Of a stretch of 64,000 nucleotides of DNA, positions 1 through 10,861 are shown one piece after another. Below the pieces are notes generated by a model, which made no database searches, was not told where the DNA came from, and saw nothing but the letters and a program-made list of their open reading frames with translations. The position numbers and the translations under genes are program-made. Position 1 is the stretch's first letter; each line of letters starts with the position of its first letter. Source of the DNA: an uncultured Ruficoccus sp. (GTDB lineage: Bacteria; Verrucomicrobiota; Verrucomicrobiia; Opitutales; Cerasicoccaceae); NCBI GenBank assembly GCA_965140785.1, contig OZ223481.1, positions 256,001 to 320,000 of the forward strand. The letters run 5' to 3'.

Positions 1-616
1 CCTGGGCGGTGTCGCCCGTGCCGACTACGGTGACGGGTACCCCGGCCTCGCGGAAGCTCCGGGCGGCGTCCATCAGGGGCGTGCCTTGGAGGGAAATACC
101 GTCGCTGAGTAGGACGAGCCCGGCCAGCGGGCCCTGGGAGGAATCGCGGGCGAGAGCTTCCTCCAGGCTGGTGCCGAGGGCGGTCTGGCCGCTGGTCAGC
201 GCAAGGCCCTCCGGCGGGAGCGGGCGCAGCCGGTCGCTGAAGGCGTAGGTGTCGAGCCGGTGGTAGCGGGCTTTCAGGCGGGCGCGGAGATTGTCGGGGG
301 CGGCTTCGGCGGTCTGGGCGGCGACGAACTCGATCCGCGCCTGCCCGTCCAGATCGCGGGTGTGCATGCTGCCGGAGGCGTCGGCCAGGAGGGCCAGCCG
401 GAAGCCGTCAGGGTCGGGGTCGCGCCGGACCCAGAAGGGATTCAGCGCCAGCAGCGCGGCCATGACCACCGCCGCCACGCGCAGAACGAGACTCATCCAC
501 CACAGCCCGCGCGGCAGCTCGCCGCGCTGCGCCCGCGCCAGCCGGAAGAGGGCGGCGAAGAGGAGCACGGTGGCCAGGGCGACGGCCAGCGGGGGGATGG
601 GCGTGTCGAAATGCAT
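1..616 (-). CDS. Membrane protein with vWA/MIDAS-like motif, 5' part only (runs off the window edge)
   Basis: Not in the ORF track. ATG at 616 overlaps the TGA of the upstream gene. Translates MHFDTPIPPLAVALATVLLFAALFRL...LALLADASGSMHTRD: two hydrophobic helices, then a DxSxS motif. Confidence 0.75.
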   Translation of the reverse strand, partial: MHFDTPIPPLAVALATVLLFAALFRLARAQRGELPRGLWWMSLVLRVAAVVMAALLALNPFWVRRDPDPDGFRLALLADASGSMHTRDLDGQARIEFVAAQTAEAAPDNLRARLKARYHRLDTYAFSDRLRPLPPEGLALTSGQTALGTSLEEALARDSSQGPLAGLVLLSDGISLQGTPLMDAARSFREAGVPVTVVGTGDTAQ

Positions 617-3600
617 CAGGGTTCTTCGGCCAGGTTTTTAAAGTATTCCTCGACCAGCGAGCGGTACTTGTCCGGCGGGGGGGCGGACTGGCGCTTGTAG
701 CGGACGCGCTCCTCCACCAACTGGCGGCGCAGGTACTGCTGGAGGATGGACTTGGCCTGGTTGAGGGTGCCGATGACCTCGCCCGGCCCCTCGCCGGAGC
801 CTTCACTGCCGGTGGGCGCGGCCATGCGCTCGCCCAGTTCGCTCAGTTGGTCGTTCTTGAGAATCTTGCCCGCCTCCTGCAAATCGCCGCCGAGCTTGCC
901 CAGCTTTTGGCTCTGGGACTGGCTCTCGCCTTCCTCGCCCTCGCCGGGGCGCTGTCCGGCCTGCTTCTGTTCGCTGAGGCGGCGCTGCTGCTCCTGCCCG
1001 GCCTGCTCCAGGCGATCCATCAACTGCTGGATGCTGGAGGCGGACATGGCGGGGATCTGGTCGCGGGCGTTGCGTAGGCCCTCGGCCAGGGCTTCGAGCC
1101 CATCGGCGGCCTCGCCCTGAAGCTCTCCGGCTTTGCCGTAGCGGCTGTAGAGCAGGGCGTTGGCGGAGCGCTGCATGGTGGCGTCGGTGCGGGCCTGGTC
1201 TGCCTCGCGGCTGGCGCGGGCCAGTTGCTCCCCGGCGTTGGGGAAGGTCTCGCCCATCTCCACGGCCTGGCGCTCGATCTCGGCCAGCAGTTGGGCGTAC
1301 TCCTCGTTGAGCGCGAGCTGTTCTTCGCGCAGGGCGCCCTTGGACTCGCCTTCGCCCCCGTTGGCGTCGGCCTCGCCGCTGGCCTGAGCGGCCCCGGCCT
1401 GGCGTCCGGCCATGGCTTCGGCTTGGGAAACAAGCTCGTTCATGGCCCCGGAAGCGGCCTGCCGGATCTGCTCATCGAGCAGGGAAGCGGCGTTGAGCAG
1501 GGCCTCGCCGGCACGGGCTCCGGCGTTGGCGGCCTGGGTGGATTCGCCGCTCTCGATGGCTCCGGCGGCGGCTTCCATGGTGCGGGCTGCCTCGGAAATT
1601 TCGTGCCGGATGGCGCCCATGCCGGGCTCGCCCTGGAGGGTGTCGGCGGCCTCGCCGGTTTCACTCAGGAGTGCCTGCTGAGCCTCGCTGAGCTGGCGGC
1701 GCTCGCTCTCGCCGGGCTCAAAGCGTTCGGCGCGTTCGTAACGGTTGTTTTGCCCGGCCTGGTCCTCGGCCAGGCGGTTGAGCTTGTCCATGAGGGCGCG
1801 CATCTGCTGCATGCTCATCTCCGCGTTCTCGCCTTCGCCCTGCTTGGGCTCACCCTCGGACTGGGCATTTGGTTGCTCGGAGGGTTCGCCCCCGCCGCCT
1901 CCGCCGGAGGGGGGCAGGGTGGCTTTCAAGAAGCTCTCCAACTGCACGAGGTTGCTCAGGGCCTCCTCCTGAAGGGGGATGGAGGGGGTGAGGTGGTCGG
2001 CGTTGATCTCCTCCTCGGCCTCGGCCAGGCGCTGGAGGGCGTTGTTCATCATGAGAAAGAATTCGCCCCCCTCGACCTGCATGAGGAGTTGGCCGATCTC
2101 GGCCAGTATCTGGCGCGACTCGTTCTGGACGTTGTTGAGGTCCGCCCCGAGCTCCTGCCGGGCCTGGTTGCGGGGCTCGCCCTCGAGCAGGCCGGTGCGG
2201 TAGGTCTGGCGGATGACGCGCTTGAGCTCCACGATGAGCGCCCGCAGGTCGATCTCCTTTTTCTTGGCCTCGTCGTCGCCGCCCTGGGCGTCGGGAGATT
2301 CGGCCTCGGGCCGGTCGAGGTCCTTGACCACCTCGACGAAGTACAGGTCGCTCTGGGTGACGTTCGGCTTGGGCTCGCGGTTGTCCGCCACGGAGAAGTA
2401 ATACGAGACCACGTCGCCGTGCTCGACGCCGAGGTTGGGGATGTCGAGCTGGGTGAGGAAATTGTTCTCCAGCACCGGCTCGGCGCCCTCCCGCGCGGTG
2501 AAGACCTCGATCGGGCGTCGGGGCAGGCCCGAGACGGACACGTGCAGCTCCACCCGCGCCAGGCCGAAGTCGTCCGCCCCGTACAGCTCCAGCGGCAGAA
2601 TGGTGTCGGGTCGGGCGTTGGTGTCCTGAGCCGGGTCCACCACATCGGCTACCGGCGGCTCGTCCGGAGTGACGTCGATGTTGTAGGTCTCGGTCACGGC
2701 CTTGCGCCCCTCGGCGTTGGTCAGGGTGAGCTGGTAGTCGGTGTCCTTTTTCGCGGTAAAGGTGACACTGTCATCAAAGGGCATCACCGCCTCGCCCACG
2801 CGCAGCCGGGTCTCGACACCGGGCGCGGTTTCGGTGGTCAGGGTTATCTCTGTGCCCTCGACCGGGAAGAGGTCCAGCAGCTTGGAGAACTCCAGCGCCT
2901 CGCGCCTTGTGTAGGCGGGCGGTTTCAAGGAGATGTTGACCGACTCCAGCTTTGGCGGCTCGTAAACGGTCACCGAGTACGTGGGCGAGCGCAGCGAGGA
3001 GGTCTCGACCCGGTAGGTCGTGTCGGCCTGCAAATCAAAGAGGGTGAACTGGCCCGCCCGCTTTTCGTCGAGCATCATCGGGTAGCTGACTTCGCGGCCA
3101 TCTTCGCGCACAAAGATGCGCGGGTCGCGCTCCCAGCGGTTGATCTGCGCGGTTACGGTCAGGTCCGAGCCGCGGGGGGCCTCGGCGTCGCCGGGCTCGA
3201 CAATCAGGCCGGTGGCCGCGCCGCTGAGCCGGTCGCGCTGGTAGTAAGTGGCTTTGCTGTAGAGGCTGCTCTGCTGGGTGGCTTTAAAAAGAAAAAACGC
3301 CCCGATCACGATCAGGATGGCGGCCACCGGATGGAGCTGCCGGGGTAGGGTGGCGGTGCGAAAGACGATCACCTCGGTGTCATGCTCGACCTGCCGGATG
3401 AGGGCCGCCTCCAGCGGGTTGAACGGCGCGCCCCGCTCCAGTACCTCGACCGCGGTGGTCAGGTTTTCCTTCAGCTCGGGGTGGCGGCGCTCCACCAGCC
3501 GCGCCAGCATAGCCAAAGTCGGTCGGCGGCGCAGGATGATCAGGATGCCCCCGACGAAGCACGCCCCCGTCAGCAGCATGAGGATATTAAAGAAGAGCCA

Positions 3601-3759
3601 GGCGCTGCGCTCCTGCCAGGGGGAGACGGCCACATCGAGCCCGGAGCCGATCAGCACGGCCAGGCTGAAGACGCCCAGCAGGCTGAACACGAACAGCACC
3701 AGCATGAGGACCAGCAGCAGTTTGCGCTGGAAGTGCAGCTTGTGGTAAAACTCAGGCAT
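616..3759 (-). CDS. Large membrane-anchored coiled-coil protein (DUF4175-like) of a MoxR/Bat operon
   Basis: 1047 aa. N-terminal TM helices, DDFGL motif, Q/E/A-rich helical C-terminus, terminal PDKYRSLVEEYFKNL motif. Confidence 0.75.
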   Translation of the reverse strand: MPEFYHKLHFQRKLLLVLMLVLFVFSLLGVFSLAVLIGSGLDVAVSPWQERSAWLFFNILMLLTGACFVGGILIILRRRPTLAMLARLVERRHPELKENLTTAVEVLERGAPFNPLEAALIRQVEHDTEVIVFRTATLPRQLHPVAAILIVIGAFFLFKATQQSSLYSKATYYQRDRLSGAATGLIVEPGDAEAPRGSDLTVTAQINRWERDPRIFVREDGREVSYPMMLDEKRAGQFTLFDLQADTTYRVETSSLRSPTYSVTVYEPPKLESVNISLKPPAYTRREALEFSKLLDLFPVEGTEITLTTETAPGVETRLRVGEAVMPFDDSVTFTAKKDTDYQLTLTNAEGRKAVTETYNIDVTPDEPPVADVVDPAQDTNARPDTILPLELYGADDFGLARVELHVSVSGLPRRPIEVFTAREGAEPVLENNFLTQLDIPNLGVEHGDVVSYYFSVADNREPKPNVTQSDLYFVEVVKDLDRPEAESPDAQGGDDEAKKKEIDLRALIVELKRVIRQTYRTGLLEGEPRNQARQELGADLNNVQNESRQILAEIGQLLMQVEGGEFFLMMNNALQRLAEAEEEINADHLTPSIPLQEEALSNLVQLESFLKATLPPSGGGGGGEPSEQPNAQSEGEPKQGEGENAEMSMQQMRALMDKLNRLAEDQAGQNNRYERAERFEPGESERRQLSEAQQALLSETGEAADTLQGEPGMGAIRHEISEAARTMEAAAGAIESGESTQAANAGARAGEALLNAASLLDEQIRQAASGAMNELVSQAEAMAGRQAGAAQASGEADANGGEGESKGALREEQLALNEEYAQLLAEIERQAVEMGETFPNAGEQLARASREADQARTDATMQRSANALLYSRYGKAGELQGEAADGLEALAEGLRNARDQIPAMSASSIQQLMDRLEQAGQEQQRRLSEQKQAGQRPGEGEEGESQSQSQKLGKLGGDLQEAGKILKNDQLSELGERMAAPTGSEGSGEGPGEVIGTLNQAKSILQQYLRRQLVEERVRYKRQSAPPPDKYRSLVEEYFKNLAEEP

Positions 3760-5716
3760 GGGCGGCCTTTCGGGAAGGGCGGCTCGGGGCGCACAGCAGC
3801 AGCTCGGCCAGCAGGCAGGCCAAGGCCCCGGCGGCCAGCCACGGCCACAGGGCTAGGCGGGCGGCGGTTTCCCCGGCAGGGGCGGCGGAAAGACTCCCGG
3901 TCGCTGGCCCGCTCAACTGCGCCCGGATATCGCTCAGCATGGTGGCCTGGTTGACCGACTCGGTGCGGGCGATATTGACCTGGACGATGTGCGGGCCCAG
4001 CGCGGTCACGCCCGGCTCGGCGTTGACGGAGGGGGCCACGGCGTCCGGCGGGAGCGGGAAATCGGCGGGCAGGGGCTCGTCCACGGCCAGCCGGATGACG
4101 GTGTCGTCGGCCTTCACCGCCTGGTTGAGCGCCTCGCGCACCACGGGCAGGAAGGCGTTACGCAGCGGCAAGTCGCTCCACTGGGCGTCCAGGCTGAGGG
4201 CGCTGATCAGCAGCTCGCCCTTGCCCACGGTCTCGCGCAGCAGGAGGGGGTCGCCGCCCTCGGTTTCGAGCAGTATGCTCGCTTTTGCGTCGGGCTGGAG
4301 CTTCACGTACTGGTAAATCTCAGCCAGGTAAAGGTCGCGGTCGGAGTCGCCGGTAAAGACCTCGGCCAACGGATTGCCCGGCTCCAGTGTGGCGATGCGG
4401 AAGGGGTCGCGCTGGTCGCGGTTGCGCCCCGGCACGCCGAGAAAGGCCGTGTCGGTCAGCCCGGTCTCGCGCAGCAGTCGAAACTGCCGGGATGCGGCCT
4501 GGCCGGGGGTGATCAGCGCCACGCCGCCATTGGCCACATAGTCGCGGAGTTTTTCCATCTGCACCTCGTCGAGGTAAGCCGTCGTGCCGGGCAGGTAGAG
4601 CACGTCAATCGCCTCGGCCACCGGGGCGAAGTCGAAGTCCGGGGCCGCGCCGTTCAAGACGAAGGCCGGGGGCATGTTCTCACCGGTGGCGGTGAGCGCT
4701 TTTTGCACGAAGGCGACTTCCTGCAATTTCTCCTGCTCCTGCACGCCGGGCAGCAGCGCCACGACCTGGGCGGGGGCGGGCACGCCCAGCCAGACTGAGA
4801 AGCGGTTGTCGCCTGCGTAGGCGTCCTCGGGCAGGACCACCTCGCCCGCCGAATCCTCGGGCTGGTCGATGAGAAAGGCCACCGTCTGTGTCTGGCCGGG
4901 GGCGAAGGAAAGCGTTTGAGAGTCAGTGGCGTTATCGTTGAGTAACTTAATGGTGACATCTTGCTCGATGTCGGCGTCATTGCGGACGCGGGCCAGTACC
5001 CGGAGGCGTCCCTCGGTGGCGGGGTAGGTGCGGGCGTCGAGCACAGCGGCGTTGGGCTGGGAAAAGTCGCCCACCTGAATGGCTTCGACCTCAACCCCGT
5101 CGCCGGCCTTCGGCCAGGACGCGCTCTGCCAGGTGCTTTGCTGGAAGTCGCTGATCAGGATGAGCTTGCGGGGGCCGTCGGGGCCGAGTTCACGCAGAGC
5201 GGCCTCAATCGCCGTCGCGGGGTCGCCGGTGCGTTCGCCGGGCGGCAGGTCGGCCACGATCTGCTCCAGCGTGCGGGCGGATGCGCCGGGAGGCACGGTG
5301 GCGAGCACTTCGGTGTCGAAGACGACCAGCCCGGTCGGGTTGCCCGCTTCGGCGGCGGCCTGGACGGCTTTTTCCGCCGCTTCCCACGCGCCCCAGCCGC
5401 GCATGCTGGCCGAGGCGTCGAGCACGATCATGGTCCGCTCCCGACCGGTGGCGGTGAGCGGCGAGTCGGTCGGCGGCGTCCAGACCGGTCGGGCCAGCGC
5501 GAGCACCGCCAGTGCGATAAAAAGGAGCCGAAGCAGCAGCAGGAGCAGGTCGCGCAGGCTGCGGCGCTTGTCCCGGGGAAGCTGCGAGGGGCCGATGAAG
5601 CGGACCGACGGGAAGCGCAGGGGCTGGGCGCGGGCGCGATTGACCAGATGGGCCAGCAGCGGCAGGGCGAGGCCGGCCAGCGCGGCGAGCAGGAGCGGTT
5701 GTCCAAAGCTCAGCAT
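3752..5716 (-). CDS. BatA-domain/vWA membrane protein
   Basis: Start MLSFGQP...LPLLAHL...RFPS..F (BatA N-terminus), DASASM MIDAS motif, LISDFQ, C-terminal LWPWL TM. Start moved to 5716, just after the DUF58 stop. Confidence 0.85.
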   Translation of the reverse strand: MLSFGQPLLLAALAGLALPLLAHLVNRARAQPLRFPSVRFIGPSQLPRDKRRSLRDLLLLLLRLLFIALAVLALARPVWTPPTDSPLTATGRERTMIVLDASASMRGWGAWEAAEKAVQAAAEAGNPTGLVVFDTEVLATVPPGASARTLEQIVADLPPGERTGDPATAIEAALRELGPDGPRKLILISDFQQSTWQSASWPKAGDGVEVEAIQVGDFSQPNAAVLDARTYPATEGRLRVLARVRNDADIEQDVTIKLLNDNATDSQTLSFAPGQTQTVAFLIDQPEDSAGEVVLPEDAYAGDNRFSVWLGVPAPAQVVALLPGVQEQEKLQEVAFVQKALTATGENMPPAFVLNGAAPDFDFAPVAEAIDVLYLPGTTAYLDEVQMEKLRDYVANGGVALITPGQAASRQFRLLRETGLTDTAFLGVPGRNRDQRDPFRIATLEPGNPLAEVFTGDSDRDLYLAEIYQYVKLQPDAKASILLETEGGDPLLLRETVGKGELLISALSLDAQWSDLPLRNAFLPVVREALNQAVKADDTVIRLAVDEPLPADFPLPPDAVAPSVNAEPGVTALGPHIVQVNIARTESVNQATMLSDIRAQLSGPATGSLSAAPAGETAARLALWPWLAAGALACLLAELLLCAPSRPSRKAAHA

Positions 5717-5720
5717 GCCG

Positions 5721-6623
5721 CTAGCGGATCGCCTCCCGGTGATGCAGGTAGCGTGCGAGCGCGTACCCGAGGGATTCATGGGTGGTCAGGCGCAGCAAAT
5801 CGACCTGAGAGCGGGTGAAACCTTCACGTAAATTGTCCATAAAGTCACTCATTTGTGACTTATAGGCCTCGCGGGTGGTCTCGGCCCAGGAGATGACTTC
5901 GCGCCCGGTCTCGATGTCGTGAAAACGCGCCACGCCCTCCATCGGCAGGTCGAGTTCATCGGGGTCGAGCACCTGGATGGCGAGGGTGTCGCAGTGGTGG
6001 AGGCGGAAGCGCTTGAGGTGGTCGGGCAGGACGCTTTCGCCCTCCAACATGTCGGAAATAAAGATCACGATGCTACGCTGGCGCAGTTGATTACCAAAGG
6101 TTTGCAACAGGGCGTCGTGATGGGCCGGCCCCGCCGGTTCCAGTCGCGTGAGGGCTTGCAGGACACGGTTGAGCTGGCCGGTGCGGTGGCCGGGGGGGAC
6201 GACTTCGCGCAGCGTGTCGTTGTAGGCGAAGAGGCCGACGTTGTCGCCCTGGCGGGCGGCCATGTAGGCAAGGCAGGCCGCCGTCATGCAGGCGTAGCGA
6301 AACTTCGTGCAGGCCGCCCGCTCGCCCCGGTAGTCCATGGAGGCGCTGGCGTCGAGCACGAGGTGGAGGTTCATGTTTGTCTCCTCCTGATAAACTTTCG
6401 TGTAGAGCCGGTCGGTGCGGGCCAGCAGCTTCCAGTCGAGGTACTTTAAATCCGCCCCCGGCGTGTAGTCGCGGTATTGCAGGAACTCCGTGCCGAATCC
6501 GTGGAAGAGGCTGCGGTGCATGCCCGAGAGAAACCCCTCCACCGCCGAGCGGGCCAGCAGGGCGTAGTTGCCCAATTGTGCCAGGTGGGCGGGGTCGAGC
6601 AGGTCGTGAACGCTGGGCGGCAT
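5721..6623 (-). CDS. DUF58 domain protein (MoxR-associated)
   Basis: GMHRS...GFGTEFLQYRDYTPGADLKYLDWK and LDASASM motifs. Confidence 0.92.
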   Translation of the reverse strand: MPPSVHDLLDPAHLAQLGNYALLARSAVEGFLSGMHRSLFHGFGTEFLQYRDYTPGADLKYLDWKLLARTDRLYTKVYQEETNMNLHLVLDASASMDYRGERAACTKFRYACMTAACLAYMAARQGDNVGLFAYNDTLREVVPPGHRTGQLNRVLQALTRLEPAGPAHHDALLQTFGNQLRQRSIVIFISDMLEGESVLPDHLKRFRLHHCDTLAIQVLDPDELDLPMEGVARFHDIETGREVISWAETTREAYKSQMSDFMDNLREGFTRSQVDLLRLTTHESLGYALARYLHHREAIR

Positions 6624-6639
6624 GGCGCTGGCCGCTCGC

Positions 6640-7644
<1,005 letters not shown>

Positions 7645-7842
7645 GATGGTAAAATAGCTGAGCGGGAAAGCGCGGTTTTTCCCTTTCAAGAGTCTCTGAG
7701 AGAGCGAAACCCGCACATTTGTTCCCTTTCGGCCAAAAGGCAAGGAAGTTGCCCGAAACGTGATCGGGGGATGCCAAAATCTCGTCAAACGATGCCGTAG
7801 GGCATCGTTGGCTCGGGCGGGGGACGGGGAGCTGTCCACCTG

Positions 7843-7877
7843 AAAAAACAGCCGCCCGGGGAAAACCCGGACGGCTG
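7843..7877 (-). terminator. Rho-independent terminator
   Basis: GC hairpin CAGCCG-CCCGGG / CCCGG-ACGGCTG with a T6 tail on the minus strand, downstream of 7918..8229. Confidence 0.7.
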
Positions 7878-7917
7878 CAATATGCATACCTGAATAGGTT
7901 CTATTCGCTACCGGAAA

Positions 7918-8229
7918 TCATGCCTGTAACTCCATGATTTCCGAAAATATTGCCATCGTCAGCATCTCCTCTGCGTACTCACGGAAGTCTTGGTCCTCGT
8001 CGTGGCGGGTGTTCAGCAGGAGAGCGAGCACCATCGCAGCCCGTCGCTTGAGGCGGTTGGCTACATAAGATTCCGGATAGTCGGGCAGGTGGATGAGGCT
8101 GAGGGCGTCTTTGATCACGTCACCGGCCAAGGCCGAAAGCTCGCTATGCAGGGCCGGGTTGGCCTCGTCTACCGGCAGGGAAAAAGCCTTGGTGTCTGTG
8201 GTTGGCGGTGCGAGTGTTAAGGGTTTCAT
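7918..8229 (-). CDS. Small hypothetical helical protein (103 aa)
   Basis: Protein-like 3' part of the 240-aa ORF, starting MKPLTLAPP and followed by a terminator. Confidence 0.6.
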   Translation of the reverse strand: MKPLTLAPPTTDTKAFSLPVDEANPALHSELSALAGDVIKDALSLIHLPDYPESYVANRLKRRAAMVLALLLNTRHDEDQDFREYAEEMLTMAIFSEIMELQA

Positions 8230-8415
8230 GAGAGAAGATGCTTGGTTGTTGAGTGTATCATCGCACAAACCCCGGCACAAACCCATCAGGTGAATCCTGT
8301 ATTTTGCCCCGGAAGCCAAAGTATTTAAAAAAAAGCGAAAACAGGGGCCTTCGTCGTTCATGCGAAGGCAGTGACACTTGCCAAGCACCGGAGCGCGTCC
8401 CAGACTGAACGGACC

Positions 8416-9435
8416 ATGGCTTATCCTACGCGAGACGGAATACTCTTTCACAATGTCGGGGAGCTTTTTCCCGAGCCTACCGGCGGCCTGCGCCTGCAGC
8501 GGACGCCCGAGGCGGTGCGACTGGAGCTTAATGAGATGGCGCAGGCGCGGATGCTCTGGCCGTGGGGGATCGAGCTGCGCACGGTGCCCAAAGACAACAC
8601 CCGGCCCGTCCGGCTGACACTTCGAACCTTGGAGGGCCAAGCCGAGGCTTGGGTCCAGTGGGGGCAGTTCGCCGAGCGGGCGGGCCGTCCGATCGGGACC
8701 GAGCCGACCACGCTCGAACTAAACTTTCCCGACATCGTGCGCGAATGCGGGCTGGAGCACTTCGGACATCATCCTTTCAAGCCCCAGGTCTGCCGGGTGC
8801 TGCTGCGCGGCGATCCGGTGGTCTATCTCGGCGCGGAGGGAGATCTGCGCCCGCCCGAGCCGGCGGAGCTGCCGCCGGTGCGCCTGCTGGCCTATGGGAC
8901 TTCAATCACGCAGGGGGTGGGCTGCTCGCATCAGCACCTCAGCTACATCCATCTGGCCGCCCGCGAACTGGGCTGGGACGTGATAAATCTCGGCTCCGGC
9001 GGTTCGGCGCTGTGCGATAGCGCGATCAGCGATTACATGCAGGGCTTGCCCGGCTGGGAGGCGGCGTTCCTGTGCCTTTCAGTCAATATGGTGGGACGCG
9101 GACTATCGGTCGAAACTTTTACCGAACGGGTTACGTACATGCTGGAGCGGCTGTCTTCTACGGGTAAGCCCATTCTGTGCATGTCGATCCTGCCCTATTT
9201 CGGGGACTTCTCCGGCCAGCCCCGGCAAAAGCCCACCCAGGAGTACCGCGCCGCCCTGCCGGGGATCTGCCGGAAGTTCAAGAATGTCCACTTTGTGGCC
9301 GGACCGGACATCCTCATGGACGTGGGCGACCTGACCGTCGACATGATCCACCCTTCCGACTTCGGCATGCTCAAAATCGCCCGCAACCTCGTGCCCCATC
9401 TGCGAGCCCTCCTGCCCGGTGGCAAGCCGGGTTGA
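8416..9435 (+). CDS. SGNH/GDSL hydrolase
   Basis: YGTSITQG (block I), NLGSGGSA (block II), DMIHP (block V). Confidence 0.88.
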   Translation: MAYPTRDGILFHNVGELFPEPTGGLRLQRTPEAVRLELNEMAQARMLWPWGIELRTVPKDNTRPVRLTLRTLEGQAEAWVQWGQFAERAGRPIGTEPTTLELNFPDIVRECGLEHFGHHPFKPQVCRVLLRGDPVVYLGAEGDLRPPEPAELPPVRLLAYGTSITQGVGCSHQHLSYIHLAARELGWDVINLGSGGSALCDSAISDYMQGLPGWEAAFLCLSVNMVGRGLSVETFTERVTYMLERLSSTGKPILCMSILPYFGDFSGQPRQKPTQEYRAALPGICRKFKNVHFVAGPDILMDVGDLTVDMIHPSDFGMLKIARNLVPHLRALLPGGKPG

Positions 9436-9575
9436 GGCGCGGACGCTCTGAACATTTGCCTGGACGAGCTTCGGATGATATCCCGGCCTGGTTCTCGTCG
9501 GGATAGGGGAGTAACTCCCGGCGGGAGCGGTCATCCTCTCTTGACGAAGACTAACGCTCGTGAGTAAAGTTATAA

Positions 9576-10646
9576 ATGGCTTCGATTCCGCTTCTTTCCA
9601 CGGAGGACATTTGGAGGTCGTCCTTTTCCATCCGGCCGTCCAGCTTGCTTAAGGACTGGTCGGTCTGGGCGGTCGCTCTGCTGGGAGCAAGTGTTTCGGC
9701 GCTCCAGGCAGCTTCGCTGCCGGACTCCCCCGCCGATACATTGCCCGCTCCCGACTACCGCGAGGCCGAGAGCTGGCTGGCGCGAGCCGACGCCCCGGAC
9801 AAGCCGGTGGATGTGTTCTATGTCTATCCGACTGTTTACAACGGCACCACCCCGGCCAACATGGACGTGCGCGATCCCGCTCTAAGGGCCGCCGCCGCGC
9901 ATTTGCTCGATACCCAGGCTAGCGTTTTCACCCCCAGCGCTAATCTCTACGCTCCCTACTACCGTCAGGCCTCGTTTCAGTACCTGGACCCGGCGCAGGA
10001 TATGTTTGAGAACCCGGTTTTCCGGGTGGGGGCCGCAGATGTCGAGCGGGCGTTTGAATACTACCTGGAGCACTGCAACGACGGACGCCCCTTTATCATC
10101 GCTTCTCACAGCCAGGGTACGCTGACCACGCTCAATCTGATGCGCAAATACCTCCGAGACCCGGAGCTGCAAAAGCGGCTCGTGGCCGCCTACCTGATCG
10201 GCTATTCGGTCATGCCGGAGGATTTTGAGAAATACCCCTGGATCAAGCCCGCCACGGGCCCGACGGATACGGGCGTGGTCATCTCCTACAACACACAGAG
10301 CCCCGCGGCTACCGGCTCGCCCGTGCTCAAGCCCGGCGCCTTCTGCATCAATCCGCTGACCTGGACCACGGACGAGGCCCCGGCCGACAAGCTCCTCAAC
10401 CACGGAGCGGTCTTTTTCGCGGACGACTCGGGCATCATCCTGCGCGAAGTGCCGTACTATGTCGGGGCGCAGGTGGACCGGGCCAGCGGCGCGCTGGTCT
10501 GCGAACCGCCGGATGCGGACCTTGACATCGGCCATTTTCCGCCCGGCGTCTATCACAAGTTCGACTACGTCTTCTGGTACCGGAACCTCCAGGACAACGT
10601 CCGTGCCCGCGTTGAGAGCTACCTGCGTCAGCAGGACGAACAATAG
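9576..10646 (+). CDS. DUF3089 alpha/beta hydrolase, probably exported
   Basis: DVFYVYPT, YAPYYRQ, ASHSQG nucleophile elbow, CINPLTW, YHKFDY. The true start may be later. Confidence 0.88.
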   Translation: MASIPLLSTEDIWRSSFSIRPSSLLKDWSVWAVALLGASVSALQAASLPDSPADTLPAPDYREAESWLARADAPDKPVDVFYVYPTVYNGTTPANMDVRDPALRAAAAHLLDTQASVFTPSANLYAPYYRQASFQYLDPAQDMFENPVFRVGAADVERAFEYYLEHCNDGRPFIIASHSQGTLTTLNLMRKYLRDPELQKRLVAAYLIGYSVMPEDFEKYPWIKPATGPTDTGVVISYNTQSPAATGSPVLKPGAFCINPLTWTTDEAPADKLLNHGAVFFADDSGIILREVPYYVGAQVDRASGALVCEPPDADLDIGHFPPGVYHKFDYVFWYRNLQDNVRARVESYLRQQDEQ

Positions 10647-10790
10647 AGCACTTTCGCTTTAATCTGTCTTGCGGCTCGCGGCGTTGGCTGGGGGACTTAC
10701 GGGCTTCCAGCCCGCTACGCTCCCAGCCGCCTGCCGAGCCTTCAAGACATTTCCCCACCGAGTGCGACAGATTAAAGCGAAAGTGCTCTA
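10644..10790. mobile_element. MITE, 147 bp, with perfect 25-bp terminal inverted repeats
   Basis: TAGAGCACTTTCGCTTTAATCTGTC (10644-10668) is the exact reverse complement of 10766-10790. TA at both ends; the interior also folds into a hairpin. Confidence 0.85.
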
Positions 10791-10861
10791 GTCGGCGCTG
10801 GCCCAAATTTTGTTCACGCGGGTCAGTTGGCCCGAGGTGAAACGCAGCCTGTCGTTTGCGC

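Noticed and set aside
1225..3348. Long antisense ORFs (707 aa here; also 10856-12727, 20695-22287, 35643-37877, 58725-60065)
   Set aside because: They are shadows of well-supported genes on the opposite strand in high-GC DNA and carry no motifs of their own.
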